Below are positions 23,506-37,287 of a stretch of 43,972 bases of DNA, piece by piece; the first letter of the stretch is position 1; each line of letters begins with the position of its first letter. The position numbers and the translations under genes were made by a program. The DNA comes from Atractiella rhizophila (taxonomy: Eukaryota), in the NCBI GenBank assembly GCA_021432655.1, contig MU271188.1, positions 177,683-221,654 of the forward strand. The letters run 5' to 3'. The notes beneath the pieces were generated by a model that saw only the letters and a list, made by a program, of their open reading frames with translations, ran no database searches and was not told the DNA's origin.

Positions 23506-24395
23506 GTCGATAACTTACTACAGAAAGCGAGCGATAAAAATGAAGGCTAAGCCTGAATGTGAACCGCTGGAAACCTCTGAAGAGCTTGACTTTTGCTGAT
23601 GAGTTTGATCAAATATCCCAAATCTTTTATAACTTTCGAAAGTGCAGTTGAAGAAATCTCAGTAAAACTCAAGTTGCTTCAGAATCTACTTGGAAGCCAT
23701 AAACCAGTAACGTATGTTGATCCCACTAAGAATGGAAGAGGGGTCTACAGAACTAGAAAGTGTAGCGTAACCGGTTTAACAACTGCACAAGACACTTGAT
23801 GAGGACTAGCAAGTGCTGGGACGTGAAAATGTTCCCGTTTCTCGTTCTGATTGACCTAACTCCTAGGATAGTGTGGGAGACCTAGAATTCAGAGCTTGAG
23901 ATATGAGGCTAATATCCCATACCAAAGGCTTCAGCTATGGCATGGACCTTTCTAGGTCAGTCTCAAGTTCCCAAATTAGTTTAGGACCTTGATGGCATTG
24001 GGAAATCCGAAAACGAGAACGTCCGTGCTCCCTTCGAGAAGAGAGCCCCTGCGCTAGGCAATAGTTCCTCGATCAAAGGTCGCAATGCAGATCTCCCAAG
24101 ACACCTTCTTTCAAACTTGAAAGCAAGTCTAAAATATCGTTACGGCAGGTAAATAATGAGGGCATGAACCACCAACATATCCAACTTTCGGTATCGTTTG
24201 TTATGCGCAATGCGCTGCACACAAAGATATCTTCGAAATAGTATAGGACGAGAATTTGAACATAGACTGTCTTCCCAGGGAAGAGAACAAGAGGTTGCGA
24301 GGTGGTATGTCCTTCCCGTGACGTGACTCTCAGCGGTCGGAAACGAAGAACTCACTTGGCGCAACTGCAAGAATTTCCTAGTCGAATTGAGAGCA

Positions 24396-25296
24396 ATGCC
24401 ACCGAAAGTAGCGGCAGGAGGTGAGAGAGTGGCAAAGAGAAAGCGTCAACGGAAGCGACGGCGAAGGGATAGCATATCTTCCCACGATTTTGATACATCC
24501 AGTTCATCCTCTGAAGCCTCATCAGCGCTCTCGGACAATCAGGACAAACGGAAGGAAGCAGTACGTTCCTCATATTCTCAGGGTTTAGAGGGAATGTAAT
24601 GGCTTTAAAGTAGAACTCATCAGAGTCAGAAGAGGAATCCGACTCTTCCAGCTCTTCCAGTTCGAGTTCAAGTTCAAGTTCCTCGGCTTCCTCGACTAAA
24701 CATCCAGCTAAGAAACCCGCTCCTGTCCCTTCATCTGCATCAAAAGCGACTGCTCTCCCCATTGAAGAAGAGGATGACGACCTTCTCCCCGAAGAATCTG
24801 AGTCTGTCCCTTACATAGGCTTCAGTCTTCCTTCCCGCCTACGGTCACGGATACCAAAAGAATCTGACGGCCGGCCAATTCTCTGGGGGTTTGTGAACGG
24901 AGACACCGACGTAGGTGCTGATGCAGGAAAGGATCAGAAAGGGAAGGAAAAGGAGAATGAAGAAGCTTTCAAGAAGTGGTATCTTGACGCTGTCGTTTCT
25001 GCCTTTTCAGATGAAATTGCGACATTACAAGAGGTTTGTGCTCTATTTTCCTCAAGAGCTAAGATTTTTATTTTTGTAATGAGTAGGAGAAGAACCTGTC
25101 ATCTCAAAAACTTAACCATGTGGTGGACGCTCTCGCAAGTGGAGCAGCACTGTGGACGCACAATGATGAAGATGACAAAAAGAGTTCCCTGTTTAAGAAA
25201 AAAGAAGAAGGAAGGGGCGATCGCGAAATTGTGTTGGAGGGGATCGGAAGTTCAAGGAATGGAAATGCTGATGGTGATGTTGAGATGGCAGTTTGA
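24396..25296 (+). CDS. Rsa3-like ribosome assembly protein (basic N-terminus, Ser/acidic tract, C-terminal Rsa3-type domain)
   Basis: MPPK...KRKRQRKRRRR, a Ser/acidic tract, then EEAFKKWYLDAVVSAFSDEIATLQE|EKNLSSQKLNHVVDALASGAALW, which resembles the Rsa3 domain pattern. Stop at 25294-25296. Confidence 0.65.
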
Positions 25297-25551
25297 GGCT
25301 GAACCATTATCACCTTCTTCTGTTTGCCCTCTTCAAATGCTTGCCGTGATCATCTCGATTACAGTGTTTACTACACGACCCAATGTGAAAAGCCTGTTCC
25401 ATGTTCTAACACAAGTAGGGGCTGTCGATAGGTACGTAAGACCAGGCAATGTTGTTAGGTTTGTTTGGTGAGAAGACGTCAATTTTTTCTCGATCATTTT
25501 CCTCGATCTTGTATTCAGCGCAAAAAAGCAGCTTCTGATAGTTAAATAAAT

Positions 25552-27761
25552 ATGGGAGAAGCAGTTACCAGCATTCACAGTGCATATGACACTATGTTCG
25601 TGCTTCTCTACCCTGTTGAGCGATGCTGAACCCCTTGGTAGCCTTATCCTAGATTTTGGCAGCCAGTATTGTGTGTTACCATGTTGCAACTATCCATCTC
25701 AATGCACATGTTGAGGCTCTCATAGCACACTTAATTACGAGGCGGTGCCGAGAACACAACGTTTACGCTGAGCTTCTACCCTGCACTCAGAAGATATCTG
25801 AACTTAATTGGAAACCGAAAGGTTCATATACCTCTCACTCTTCTGAAATTCATTGTCTCAACTAACTGTGTGGAGTCAGGCATAATCCTTTCCGGTTCTC
25901 CTTACTCTGTCTACGACGAAGATGCACCTCGTGTCGATCCTGCAGTTTTCGAAGCTGGCGTTCCCATCTTAGGCATTTGTTACGGTCTCCAAGTGGATCT
26001 ACCCTTATCATCACCGTCACACATATTAAGTTGCGCACATAGGAAATTGCATGGCACCTAGGCGGAAAGGTTGCGGCAGGTGATAATCGAGAGTATGGGC
26101 ACGCCACCATCAGCACATTGACCTCAACCCAAACCAACGCTGGTGATCATGTCAATGCTCTGTTTGGCGGCCTGGGTGGAGATATGAATGTTCGTTCTTT
26201 CGTACCATTATTGGTAATAGTCAAAAACCTTTCGGACAGGTCTGGATGTCACACGGCGACAAAGTCACAGGACTGCCGCCTTCGTTCACCACGATCGCAA
26301 CCACCGCTTCCTGCCCGCACGCTGGGATTGCACATCTTCATAAACCAATTTATGGCATACAGTTCCATCCTGAAGTCACCCACTCACAGCGTGGAAAGGA
26401 ACTCATCGGACAGTTCATCAAGGAAATCTGCAAGTGCAAAGCGGACTGGACAATGGTTCGTCGCTACGCCTTCAGTACACATCCAAAACTCAATCATTTT
26501 TGGACATAGGAAAGCTTTATTGATAAAGAAATCGCTAGGATTCGAGAGCTCGTTGGACCCGAAGAACAGGTTATTGGTGCTGTCAGTGGAGGAGTGGATT
26601 CGAGCGTCGCTGCGAGATTGATGCATGAGGCAATAGGGGAACGGTATCCTATTTCACCTTAGCAATATTTTATTCCTCAATCACTGTCATTTTAGATTTC
26701 ATGCCATCATGGTCGACAATGGCGTCTTACGGATGAACGAGTCTGCGCAGGTGCAGCAAATGCTGTCTCGCGATCTAGGAGTCAACCTGACGGTTTTGGA
26801 TGAGTCTGCCCTCTTCTTATCCAAACTCGAAGGCGTCACGGATCCAGAGAAAAAGCGGAAAATAATCGGAAACACTTTCATCGAGTGTTTCGAGGCAGAA
26901 GCTGAAAGGATTGAGAAGGATGTGGAAAGCAGTGGGAAGGGGAAGATCAATTGGTTGCTCCAAGGAACCCTCTATCCAGATGTTATCGAAAGCATCTCTT
27001 TTAAAGGTCCGTCAGCGACCATCAAAACACATCACAATGTCGGCGGGTTGCTGGAGAACATGAAGCTGAAGCTCATCGAGCCTTTACGCGAACTCTTTAA
27101 AGGTTAGTTTATCTGAGCCTTCGCACAAAACAATTGTGCTCACGCAATGGGAATATATCGCGAACAGACGAAGTACGAGCTCTGGGACGTCTGCTCAAAA
27201 TTCCTGAGAGTCTCATCACACGTCATCCCTTCCCCGGCCCAGGTTTAGCAATTCGGATTCTAGGCGAAGTGACACGCTCACAGGTACAAATCCTTCAACA
27301 TGCTGACTCTATCTACCTCGAAGAGATTCGAAAGGCAGGCCTTTACGAACAAATCTCGCAAGCTTTCGCTGTCCTCCTCCCCGTTCGGGCTGTAGGTGTC
27401 CAAGGAGACAAGAGAACGTATGACCAAGTCATTACCCTGAGAGCCGTCCAGACGGAGGATTTTATGACCGCTGATTGGTACAAATTCTTCGCCATTGTGG
27501 AATACTTGACCTAACGTCTGACGTCCACGTGTAGGTTCAACTTCCCTCCTGCTGTTTTGAGGAAGATCAGCTCCAGGATAACAAATGAGGTTCAGGGAGT
27601 AAATCGCGTCACGTACGTTCTACCTCGTGAGCTGGAGTATTGCGTTGGTTAAAGGGTAGTCTAGGTACGATATCAGTTCCAAGCCACCCGGAACAGTCGG
27701 TAAGTGTCACTGTCTTTTGTTCATCGGTTTAATCTTATTTTTTCTTCCAGAATGGCTCTAG
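25552..27761 (+). CDS. GUA1: GMP synthase (glutamine-hydrolysing)
   Basis: [97 protein letters not shown]. Confidence 0.97.
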
Positions 27762-27854
27762 ATTGTACTTGTGGTCCAAGTTTACATGTATGGAATATAG
27801 AACCTTTCTGTGAAAATCCTACGCAATAGAGTATTGATTCCTTGTATCGCACAT

Positions 27855-29140
27855 CTAGATGTTACAAACGGCAGTAGGGTTCCCGTTGCACTGCCTCTTG
27901 AACGCAGCCTCATCCATGGTGGTGCTGTTGAAGTACATCTACAATTGAGGTCAAATTTTGTCTGTTTGAGTTAGGGCCAGAACTCACATTAACATATTCG
28001 ACCACTGCAATTGCGTCGGCAGTAGGTGGACCCTGAGTCCATCCTTCGCCTCCATCACTCCATAAGTTCATGAGGATTTCTGGATCGACGATTGATCAGC
28101 TTTCCGTACTTGCTCTTTGTTATTGAAGGAGAGGGTACTAACGAGATGCGACAGTGGGAGTATTCTTTGCAATGTTCTGTGTTGCGAACCATCTATTCGA
28201 TTCCTGGAAGGTATAAAGAGCGGAACATACAGTAGTTTGAGCTCCGTTCACGTAAAACTTCACGTTTCCAGGGATCCAGTCAAATCGATGATCCGTCATT
28301 GTGCTGCATGGCTCTTAGGTGACAACAGCAGGGCAACTTCAAAGCATACCTGAAGTCTGCGCCGGAAACCGTCACTTCCCTATACGCGTCGGGGTCAGTG
28401 TCCCCGTTGACGAGACCTGGTTGATTGGTGTAATGCACGGTCTGTTTAAAATTCTTCTGCAGAGTTAGCATGCTTGGCGTAACTACTAATATAGAGACCT
28501 ACCCCATCGGAAGTCAGAAGCTCGATGTCGCTCTCATAGACCTTTACTCTTCTCAGCGCAAACAAAATGTTTAGACACTCGCTCACTTTCAAGTCGTCTG
28601 TTTGTCTGTAAGTGAAGAAGCCGAAACACACTCCCGGAACCTGGGTACATTTGTCACTGTCATGCTACAACAAATTTGGAGAAGCAATCTACAGTTGGAA
28701 CCCGAGCGCGAACTCTGAAGGTTCCATAAAGGAAGTCCCCCCTGATAGAATCAAGTTCAGCGCTGTGCACTACTCCCGTTGTTCCTTGAGACTGATCATA
28801 GGCGTTTGTTTTCAGGGCCAGACCACCTGACGTTTTGTACGCGTTTGCTGAGTCGTATTTCAGCAGGTACGTCGTATTATCGTGAGCCACAGGTCCCCAG
28901 TCTTGTGCGCCAAAGAAAGACATAGCAGCGTTGAAGTTGTTAGCAAAGTTGGCCTCGATGGCTTCTCTCTAACGATCGACGGAAAGCCACAAGCGTCAGA
29001 AGCTTGCATTAGAGAAGACGAAATAAAGAACTGACCCAAACTGCACCATTGGAATCTCTGTATCCACAGGTGCAGGCAGCAGAGGCGACCTCTAAGTAAG
29101 AAAGGAGAGAAAGAAGGTAAAGAGACTTCGGGACAACCAT
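27855..29140 (-). CDS. Secreted glycoside hydrolase family 16 protein
   Basis: Signal peptide followed by ACTCGY; FLYGTFRVRARVP, GVCFGFFTY, catalytic ESDIE (ExDxE), VHYTNQPG, NLWSDGGEGWTQGPP, MYFNST; ends CNGNPTAVCNI*. Confidence 0.9.
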
Positions 29141-29680
29141 GACGATTACGCTGATGCTCACAATATTGTTGGAAAAGCTAATGATGGACACCAAAGTTCC
29201 CCAGCTTTTTAACTTGTGACATCCTCACACATCCTAGTGTTGCCCCTTGCCCACTGCCCACGAGCGCTTCCACTTGTCGTGAAACAACAACGAGTCCGGT
29301 TGCCTTCACCACACGTCGCGCGCTCCACTACGCCCACAAACGTCGATCATGATGGAAGGTATTTTCACGTCGCTCCGTTACCTGCGAGCCCGCCAGGACG
29401 GGAAAACTCATGTTCATGCCCGTGATGCACTCAAAGCTCAAATCCATCGCTAACGCCGTGTCGTTTGCTTACCGCTTCTTGTTTAACATTCAGGTTTCGC
29501 TTTTTGCGTGCCGCTGAACAAATCCTAGGGTGTAAGCATAGGGAAAGAAAGAAGGCAGATAAAACACAACAAGGTGCAATGACGGTCGTACCAACTGACA
29601 GAGGATATTAATATATTGTCGAGGCAGATGAATCAGCTCCTCAAGTAATCCCAACCCTTGTACACATACATGACATGCCT

Positions 29681-31856
29681 TTAATCGGAATCCACCACAA
29701 TCGCATTTGAATCCATAGCATATGTCTTTCCACTCCTCCCTTTCACGGTTGCAATAATCAGTTCCTCTTGCTCCTCCCTCTTGACATTCATTGTCTCGCT
29801 GCGCCGTTTTTTCCTAGACTTTTGCCCCTCATCTATTTCGGGAGTCCAATGCCGTTTGAGGTCAGATCGTGGTGCAGATGAGGCAGTCCCGAGCGTGGAC
29901 AACGGCGCTGATGTCGGGGGCTGCTTTAGACTCAGGTGTGGATTCTGCTTTGGGTCCCTCTCAAGCTTTTCTGGGATCATCATGGCGGTTATAACTGTTT
30001 CCTCCACGCTTGATCTTGATGTAGATATCGAGTCTAGCCTCAATTTAGATGAACTGCCGGTTGACGAGTGGCTACCCATATCATTCAATTTATAGTGTCC
30101 CATTTCTGAGGAGGAAGAAGGAATCAAGGCCCAATTCTTCTTCGTAGGGAAAGGCGTAGATGAAGAAGAGAATGTTGTGTTTTGTCGATTGCTAACTGCG
30201 ACTGACTTCACCTTCTTGGTTGGCACAGCTTTTAGTGAACCGTCGTTTTTGTAGATCTTTTTCAGAGATATTTTCTGGAATGACCTGATTATAGAACCGT
30301 CAAGAGATCATGCTAACAGAGGAATAGATCCAGTAGAGGCTCACTTAACGTAAGCGTGTATCTCCTTTGTCACGTTGCTGTTCTTGCGTACAGATTCGTA
30401 GGTATCGTTTATATGGTTCCTGAAAAGCTGGATCGCTTCAAGCAGCTCTCCGTCAGAGTAAGACGCCCATCTTGAGACCTGTCAACAAATTAGTAGGAAA
30501 GCGGAATATAACACTGCGGCTCACAATCCAGGGCAACCAGACGAGCTCGATTGGAGCCTGGAGAGCCGTCAACACTTAATGGGTGATAGAACGGACACAC
30601 TAGAGACTTAGGCTCTAAGAATGCTTTATGCGTTTCACCTCTCTCACCCAATCCAACTAGCGCATCCAGTCGGTCTAAGCTCTTCGCTACTGACTCCCTG
30701 ACCTTCTTTGTCGGATTCTCGCTTCGGAACAAAACATCAATTTTCAACCTCTGAATTGATATATGCCTGACGTTATTCAGGAGTGGAAGGAGGGTGTAGA
30801 CTATCTCGGCGAAGATTTGAAACTCGTTAGCTCTGTGAAAATCCAGGTTGAGACGTTCTTTCCATCGACGCTCGACATAGTATGCTTTGACAAGTGACTT
30901 GATAAAATCAACATAAGGACCAGCGAGCGCCGATAACTTTTCTGCTGTCGAAAGTGGGCACCCATTCTGTAATTCACCAGGTCGAGTCAAGCTTTCAGTA
31001 ATTGGGCAGGGAAATTGTACCTGGATCCTTTGAAAAATATCGCGCTCCTGTTGTGCATCGAGATGGTCGTAAAACATCATTCCAAGTCTGCGAGACTTGA
31101 AACTAGTCCAAATATTGTAAGCTTGAATGTGGAAGAAGGGACAGCTTGGAATTTGTACATGTTCCGTTCAGCTTCGGGTAGGAGTTGAAGCCTTTTATCC
31201 ACTGTCTTCGGGTTTGCAGGCATCTTGTAGTACCAGTGATGGTTGTCGTTACTTCAGTGATTCTATGATTAAATCAAAGTGCCTTGAAGTGGCTACTTAC
31301 CCTGTTCTCAAGTAGATCTCCCCTTTTAGAAATCTATCATGATATCGTCTCAGACTTCAGGATTTTAAGGGAAATGATCTTACCGGCAAATACTTGTTAG
31401 GCGCTGCTTCCCATCAATACAGCGATAATGATGACGCCCACCCTTGAATGTTCTCGAGAACAAAACAGGCGGCACTGGGGCAGAAATGAAGAGCGATTGG
31501 ACTATACATGTGTTAGATAAGAGCCTAGTTGCACTGAGAAACAGCACGGCATACTTAAAGCAATCTGCTTATTGTCATCCCAAACCACAGCTCGCTGATA
31601 ATCAGCGTCTAAGTCTATTCTTCCTTCCTCAACGAGCACTGCGTACTCTACGATGTATGCATGGGTTCACAACCTCAAACACAGCAAAGTACGGACCAGT
31701 CACCCTGATCGAATCTGTCACATTATCGGGTAGAAACTCTAGCTTTACTTGAGGGCCACGCTCCTTCAAGCTCAGCCTACCCTTCATTTGTCTCTCAGTG
31801 AGATCCTGATCACTAAGCTCTTCGTCGTCGGGTTCTGATGCTCCTCTGGTAGTCAT
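29681..31856 (-). CDS. DUF262 (GmrSD N-terminal / ParB-Srx fold) domain protein
   Basis: Spliced motifs IDLDADYQRAVVWD, SAPVPPVLF, YRCIDGKQRLTSI, QERDIFQRIQ|NGCPLSTAEKL; disordered C-terminus. Confidence 0.85.
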
Positions 31857-32217
31857 TCTGAACCCTGATGCGTCAATGGCAGAGAAAGGGCATGGTTTCC
31901 TCGACGTCTACTCGAGCTCGGCAGGATCGATCGATCTGAGTTGTCCGTTTGGATCAGTTTGGAGTTGAATGAAAGGAGGGAAACACGACCCCAGCCTACC
32001 CCTGTAGCAATTCTGGCTGGAGCTGTTATCGAGGCTCGTATTTAGCTTCAGAAGCTTGCTGAAAGTGCGAATAGAATATCTGTCGGCTTTATATATACAC
32101 TACGGCAACAAAGAAGGCATGTTGCTTTTCTGTCATTGGATACATAGGACGAGGAGGAAACCAGGGAATAGTCGAGGAAGCAGGAACATAACTTAAAGGG
32201 AGATGAATGAGAGACCT

Positions 32218-32702
32218 TCAGTTGTCATCTTCGTCTCCTAGGAGGTTGAAATTCGCTATGCCAGATATCAAATCATCGTCCAGGATCCCGTCTTCCATGT
32301 CAGCATGGAAAATACCCAGACTCTTCTCTGCTCCTGTGTATCAGCTCTCTGTAATGAATTGGGGCGAGCAAAAGTCTCACCGAACTTCGCCACAGCCCGG
32401 TGCATATATTGAACTCGTTCGTGCTCCTCCTCGCAGCCCAGATCATTTTTAAGCAGCTCAAGGCACTCTTCTGCGAGTTTTAAGCAATCGTAATAATTCT
32501 CCTTCCGCCGTGTCGAGACTGCGATAATAATGGTGGCGAATCTGACAATGTAACGAGGGGGAAGGGAATGACGATAAGCTTGGAGGATGTTGACGCTTTT
32601 GTGAAAAGCAGCGTCATAATCCCTGTGCTCGAAAAGCTTCTTCGCCTCCCGATAGCTGGGGCGAATGAAGGAATGTAACCTGGTACTCCTCGAAGTCGTC
32701 AT
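32218..32702 (-). CDS. Small hypothetical helical protein
   Basis: ORF from ATG 32702 (YREAKKLFEHRDYDAAF...CLKLAEECLELL). A gtgaga..acacag intron leads to the acidic tail AEKSLGIFHADMEDGILDDDLISGIANFNLLGDEDDN*. Confidence 0.55.
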
Positions 32703-33046
32703 ACGTGGATGCGTTTTGATTTGTTTGAATCTACCTGGGGAGGAAGTTGTTGTTTTGGGCCAAGTTTGGGGCAGCTTTTGAAGCGCGACTTCGCCGGTTT
32801 TACGTGTGTCACTCGCACTTGCGTTCGACTTTGCTTCCGTGCGTCCGCCATCTCAGCATTTTCTTAGACCGGTTTCTCGAACAGCAAAGTATATACTATC
32901 AGTTTACAACCGTGGCCGGCGCCTTTACTGGAGGTTGTTTTAAATACGAAGCGAAAGCGTTTCTCAACTGTCAATATGTCAATGCATACATGCTCTATGG
33001 TTACAATGTCGCCTCATCCCCATCCTCAGCACTAATGGACTGATTA

Positions 33047-35055
33047 CTAGTATGCAAACCAGTTCCAAATGAGAACGTAAAGAATAGCCGCTGGCCATGT
33101 CACAGAAAGAAAGTCACCAATGGACTCTTCGAAAACACCCTTCACTCTTTTCCCTCGACCATTCGACGTCCGTCCTGCAAAGAAATAGATGACAGACCTA
33201 AGTACTGGCAGTTTGTCTAAAATGCGAGCGAGGAGGGCTTGAGTTGGTGGATCAAAATTTTGGAAGACTCTGCTCTGCCGCCGCGAATGTGTCCGGCTGT
33301 GAGCCTCATAAGTTGTGCCGTAGAAGTCATCTGACGGTTCAATAGGCGAGTGGTAAGAGTACCCATCAAAACTGCTAATTATTGGGGAGGAGACAGACGA
33401 AGGGTAGGTGAGCGGATCATCGAGGGGATCAAGATCTTCCACATCACCATCGGTGGAGGAAAACTCTCCTCTGCGACGTCCAAGCAGGCTTCGCGAAAGA
33501 CCTTTGCGATGCTTCGTCCCGTAAATTGGTAAACCGTTGGCGAGCGCTCTCGCTGATCGTTTTGAGGCATTATTGTATTTCTGGCGTATCCAAACGATAG
33601 AAATGATGGTGAAGAGGAGAAAGAATAAATACTGATGCGTGAAAATGCGGATTTGATCTGGGAGAAGGCACAATGTCTCGCCGTGAGTCTGCGGAGGATG
33701 AAAAGTGGAAGGAGCTTTCGATACTCCTCCTCCTTCCAGGCTTGTCGACGGCGCGGACGGTAATGGAGTCGCAAGAGTGAGGAGTAGGAATCCGGGTCGC
33801 TTGATTCCCATAACCATTGAGAACGACTTCAAGGAAGTCTCTGGAATAGCCAAGTCCCGAGTTTGGTGAACTATTTGACAATGGTCATGATCGTCCCCAC
33901 TGTGATGGAGTTTAGTACATCGAAAGGACAACGAAGTTAACAGACCTGTAAATTGCTGCCGGTTGTAGGGTGTCAATAATATAATTTGTAACTTCTTCGT
34001 CCATCAGGTTTTGATAATTTAGGCCACGCCCTTGGTAGATAGGTCGCGGATGTTCTCGAAGTGGCCCACACGTCGTTCCTTCGGGTCGAAAGAGGGGAAT
34101 ATGGCTTAGAAGAATACGAGGAAGATCCGAGTGTCCTACAATCACATCATTGATGGTCACACTTTTGGAGTAAGGGGAAGCAATTACGTCGAGCGACCTT
34201 GTTGATAAAGTCAATCGCCCCACCAGGTGGTGGAGTCCAGTCTTTAAGTCGCGAGCTCCCTTTGTAACGTCGTTCCTCCAGAATGCCCATGCTGTCTATC
34301 GCGACAATGGAATGGTTACCTGCTTCGGGTTAGACGATTCTCTGTATCTCACGCCCAACCGCACCTAACACAATCTCCCAGTTGATTTCTCCAAAGTTGG
34401 CTCTAAACCTATCCCGAGAATATGGCTCTATTGACGTGTACAATCCAAGATCATGGTTTCCTACAGTAGCTTAGCAGAGGTCGCAAAGTCAAAGCAGATT
34501 AGATACCAGGCATGTAATGGACTGGCACATTATGTGGTGGCCAAACATGTCCTTAAAGCGTCCCACGTACGACGAGTGCTCCTCTCGCTCAGTAGTTAAG
34601 ACCCCACTGTCTACCAAGTCGCGTTCGGACCCGTTTGTCAACCAAAACAACCATGTACTCACCTAAAAGATCCCCTAAGAATATAATTGTTTTGGGATCT
34701 GTCCTTAAAGCTAACCTCCAACTCTTTCGAGCAAAGTTGTCGGTAATTTTCTCCCCAAGCCACTTTAGCAGCGGATTCCGCCCAGGGTAGCTGCGTTGGT
34801 CGAGTATTTGAGGATCTGCGAGAAGCAGAAGATGGAATGGTTCAACACCGCGCTGCTTCCTTGAATAAATACAGCGCAATAGGAAGAACTGTTACACACC
34901 TGTGGAGCAATGGGCCAGTTGCAGCCATGCAGGCTCCATGTAAATGCAAAATATTCACCATAAAGAATAAGGCACAGCCATCCTGCTCTTAAAACCCAAA
35001 GTGCTCTCCTCCTCGGGTACCTTTTCACTACTTTCTTGCGACGGAGAGGCGCCAT
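33047..35055 (-). CDS. CDC1: Cdc1/MPPE1-like metallophosphoesterase (GPI-anchor remodelling)
   Basis: N-terminal TM; LLADPQILD..SYPGR, IFLGDLL, YMPG|NHDLG, ILLSHIPLFR, SGDDHDHC, KSFSMVMGIKRPGFLLL, CLLPDQ; C-terminal TMs. Confidence 0.88.
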
Positions 35056-35165
35056 AATGCCATCCCCAGACGTTTGGAGGAGGTTTGGAAAGAAGGCGCA
35101 GGCGCCAATTTGGAACTTTAACCCTCTATGACTCCAGCACGTGACTGTTGGAAACCTAAGAAGCG
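35056..35165. promoter_or_regulatory. 110-bp bidirectional promoter between CDC1 and ERG8, containing an E-box CACGTGAC (35138-35145)
   Basis: Head-to-head ATGs at 35055 and 35166; bHLH-type site read directly from the sequence. Confidence 0.55.
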
Positions 35166-36946
35166 ATGGCCACGATTTCTTGCCCTGGAAAGGTGTTCTT
35201 TGCTGGTGGTTATCTAGTGTTAGATAGGGAATATGAAGGGTTTATACTGTCTACCTCTTCGCGCTTCTATTCTCATCTTCGACACGATCCCGATTCTCCT
35301 CCTGGAACAATCACGATCAAGTCTCCCCAATTTCTGCAGGCAGAATGGACATTCAAGGTTGTATTTGACGGCTCTAAACAACATGTAAAAATAGTGGATG
35401 GGTCTGTCAACCATGACGATTTTCGTAGTAATCTGATTCTTGCTCCATCAGAGCAGGAGCGACAGCGAAAGGATTTATTGGACTCGCACTCTCTGAGAGT
35501 GTCAAATTATCTGTTGCGATGTACGGAAAGGAAAAAACGGAAGGGAATCTGAGAACTGCACTCGAAATATTTGTTGTCGGGGACAACGAATTCTATACCC
35601 AACCTGTGCGTTTTGTACCCATGTTCAGTGACATGTCGGCTAATCTTTCTTCGATGCAGCCAAGCGCTACCCCTATTCCTCCTTTCAACCGCCTTAATGT
35701 TACTTTGAACGACGTGCACAAAACTGGACTCGGATCAAGTGCTGCCATGGTCTCTTCTCTCGTTGGTGTCCTCTGTGTCCACTTCGGATTGGTAGAAACC
35801 GCTTCCGTGGAAGAGAAAAAGATAATAATTCACAATCTTTCGCAATATGTCCATTCACTTGCTCAAGGGAAACTTGGGAGTGGATTTGACGTCAGCACGG
35901 CGATTTGGGGAAGTCAGGTCTATAGAAAGTTTGATCAAGGATGTCTGGCAGGCTTGATGGAGGCCGAAGGAGAGGTGAGCGTTACCTCTCGCTTATACGT
36001 CAATCTGATAAGTCCTAGATTGATCCAGAAGACCTTTATCTCACAATCATGCCATCGAAGAATCTCGCATGGTTAGCGAAGGATACCGCTCCAGAGGTAC
36101 AACCATTCAATCTCCCTAAAGGATTGACTCTTCTCCTTGCGGACGTTGATGGAGGAAGTAACACACCTTCAATGGTTGGAAAGGTCCTGGCATGGAGGTC
36201 AAAGAACGAAAAACAAGGTGAGCATGTTCCACTGATGCAGGGTGATCCTCAAGACCAGTGACAGCCCACGAGCTTTGGCAGGAAATTTCCAAAGGGAACT
36301 CGAGGCTTGCCACACTTTTTGGCTCTCTCAATCAATCACATGAAGTTCATCCTACACTTTGTGACAGTGCTTTCGGTAATCTTGCTGACAAGCAGTTGAA
36401 TGCACAGGTTTGTCACAGATTTCGATACTGCCAAACCTCTTCATGTTTGCCTTTAGATCGCGACAAAGTCAACAGTCGAAGAGACATTACTTGATGTTGC
36501 GAGAGTCATCAAAGTGCGTCTGTTGTTTTTTTCAGGCGAAGCTGAAGTTTAATAGTCAATTCGATCGGGAATGCGCAAAATGGGAGAACTTGCTGGTGTC
36601 CCCATCGAACCTCCTGAGCAACAGAAGCTCATCGACGCTTGTTGCGAACTTCCCGGTGTACTAGGAGGAGGGGTCCCAGGCGGTACGTCTTTCTTCCATT
36701 TCCCAACGCTACGAAGACGAGCCAAATTTCTTCACAGCTGGTGGCTATGATGCGATTTGGATCTTAATCATTGCGTCTGAAGAAACCGAAAAGAAAGTCT
36801 CTTCTTTCTTTGAGGGGTGGAAAGAAAATCAGACAAAAGTCAAACTTTTATCCAAGATTCCGGGGAGTATGGAAGCGCGGGAGGGACTGAAGGAACTTTC
36901 GTTGGGCAATGTCCCGGGTTTAAAAGAACTTATAAATGGTCAATGA
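35166..36946 (+). CDS. ERG8: Phosphomevalonate kinase
   Basis: SCPGKVFFAGGYLVLD, KTGLGSSAAMV, AQGKLGSGFDVSTA, GGSNTPSMV, VPIEPPEQ, GGVPG|AGGYDAI; stop at 36944-36946. Confidence 0.96.
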
Positions 36947-37287
36947 AGAAACACCTGCTATCTGTCATCCTCCACCGATAACCCTGAAGTTAAGCAGGGA
37001 TAAGTTTGCTGAGTGCCTTTGAGTTGAACTGTTGAGCCGGAGGGTGAGAATATTCGCTACTTCACGTTGCACTTCTTCATTCATTATGAGATATTCCTAC
37101 TTCCTCCTAAAGGTGTCGGGACGTGATCTCGAAGGGCTGCGAAGTGGTCACGGTGTGGGGATAGCTGGGTCAATGAATCCCCCGGCAGGAGAAGCGGTAA
37201 CTTTAGACGCCTAGAGCGGATGTCATAAGGAGGCAGGAGTTCAGCTTAGCGGACCCATCTGCTTCAAGTTGCAAGTTCAGTTGCAGG

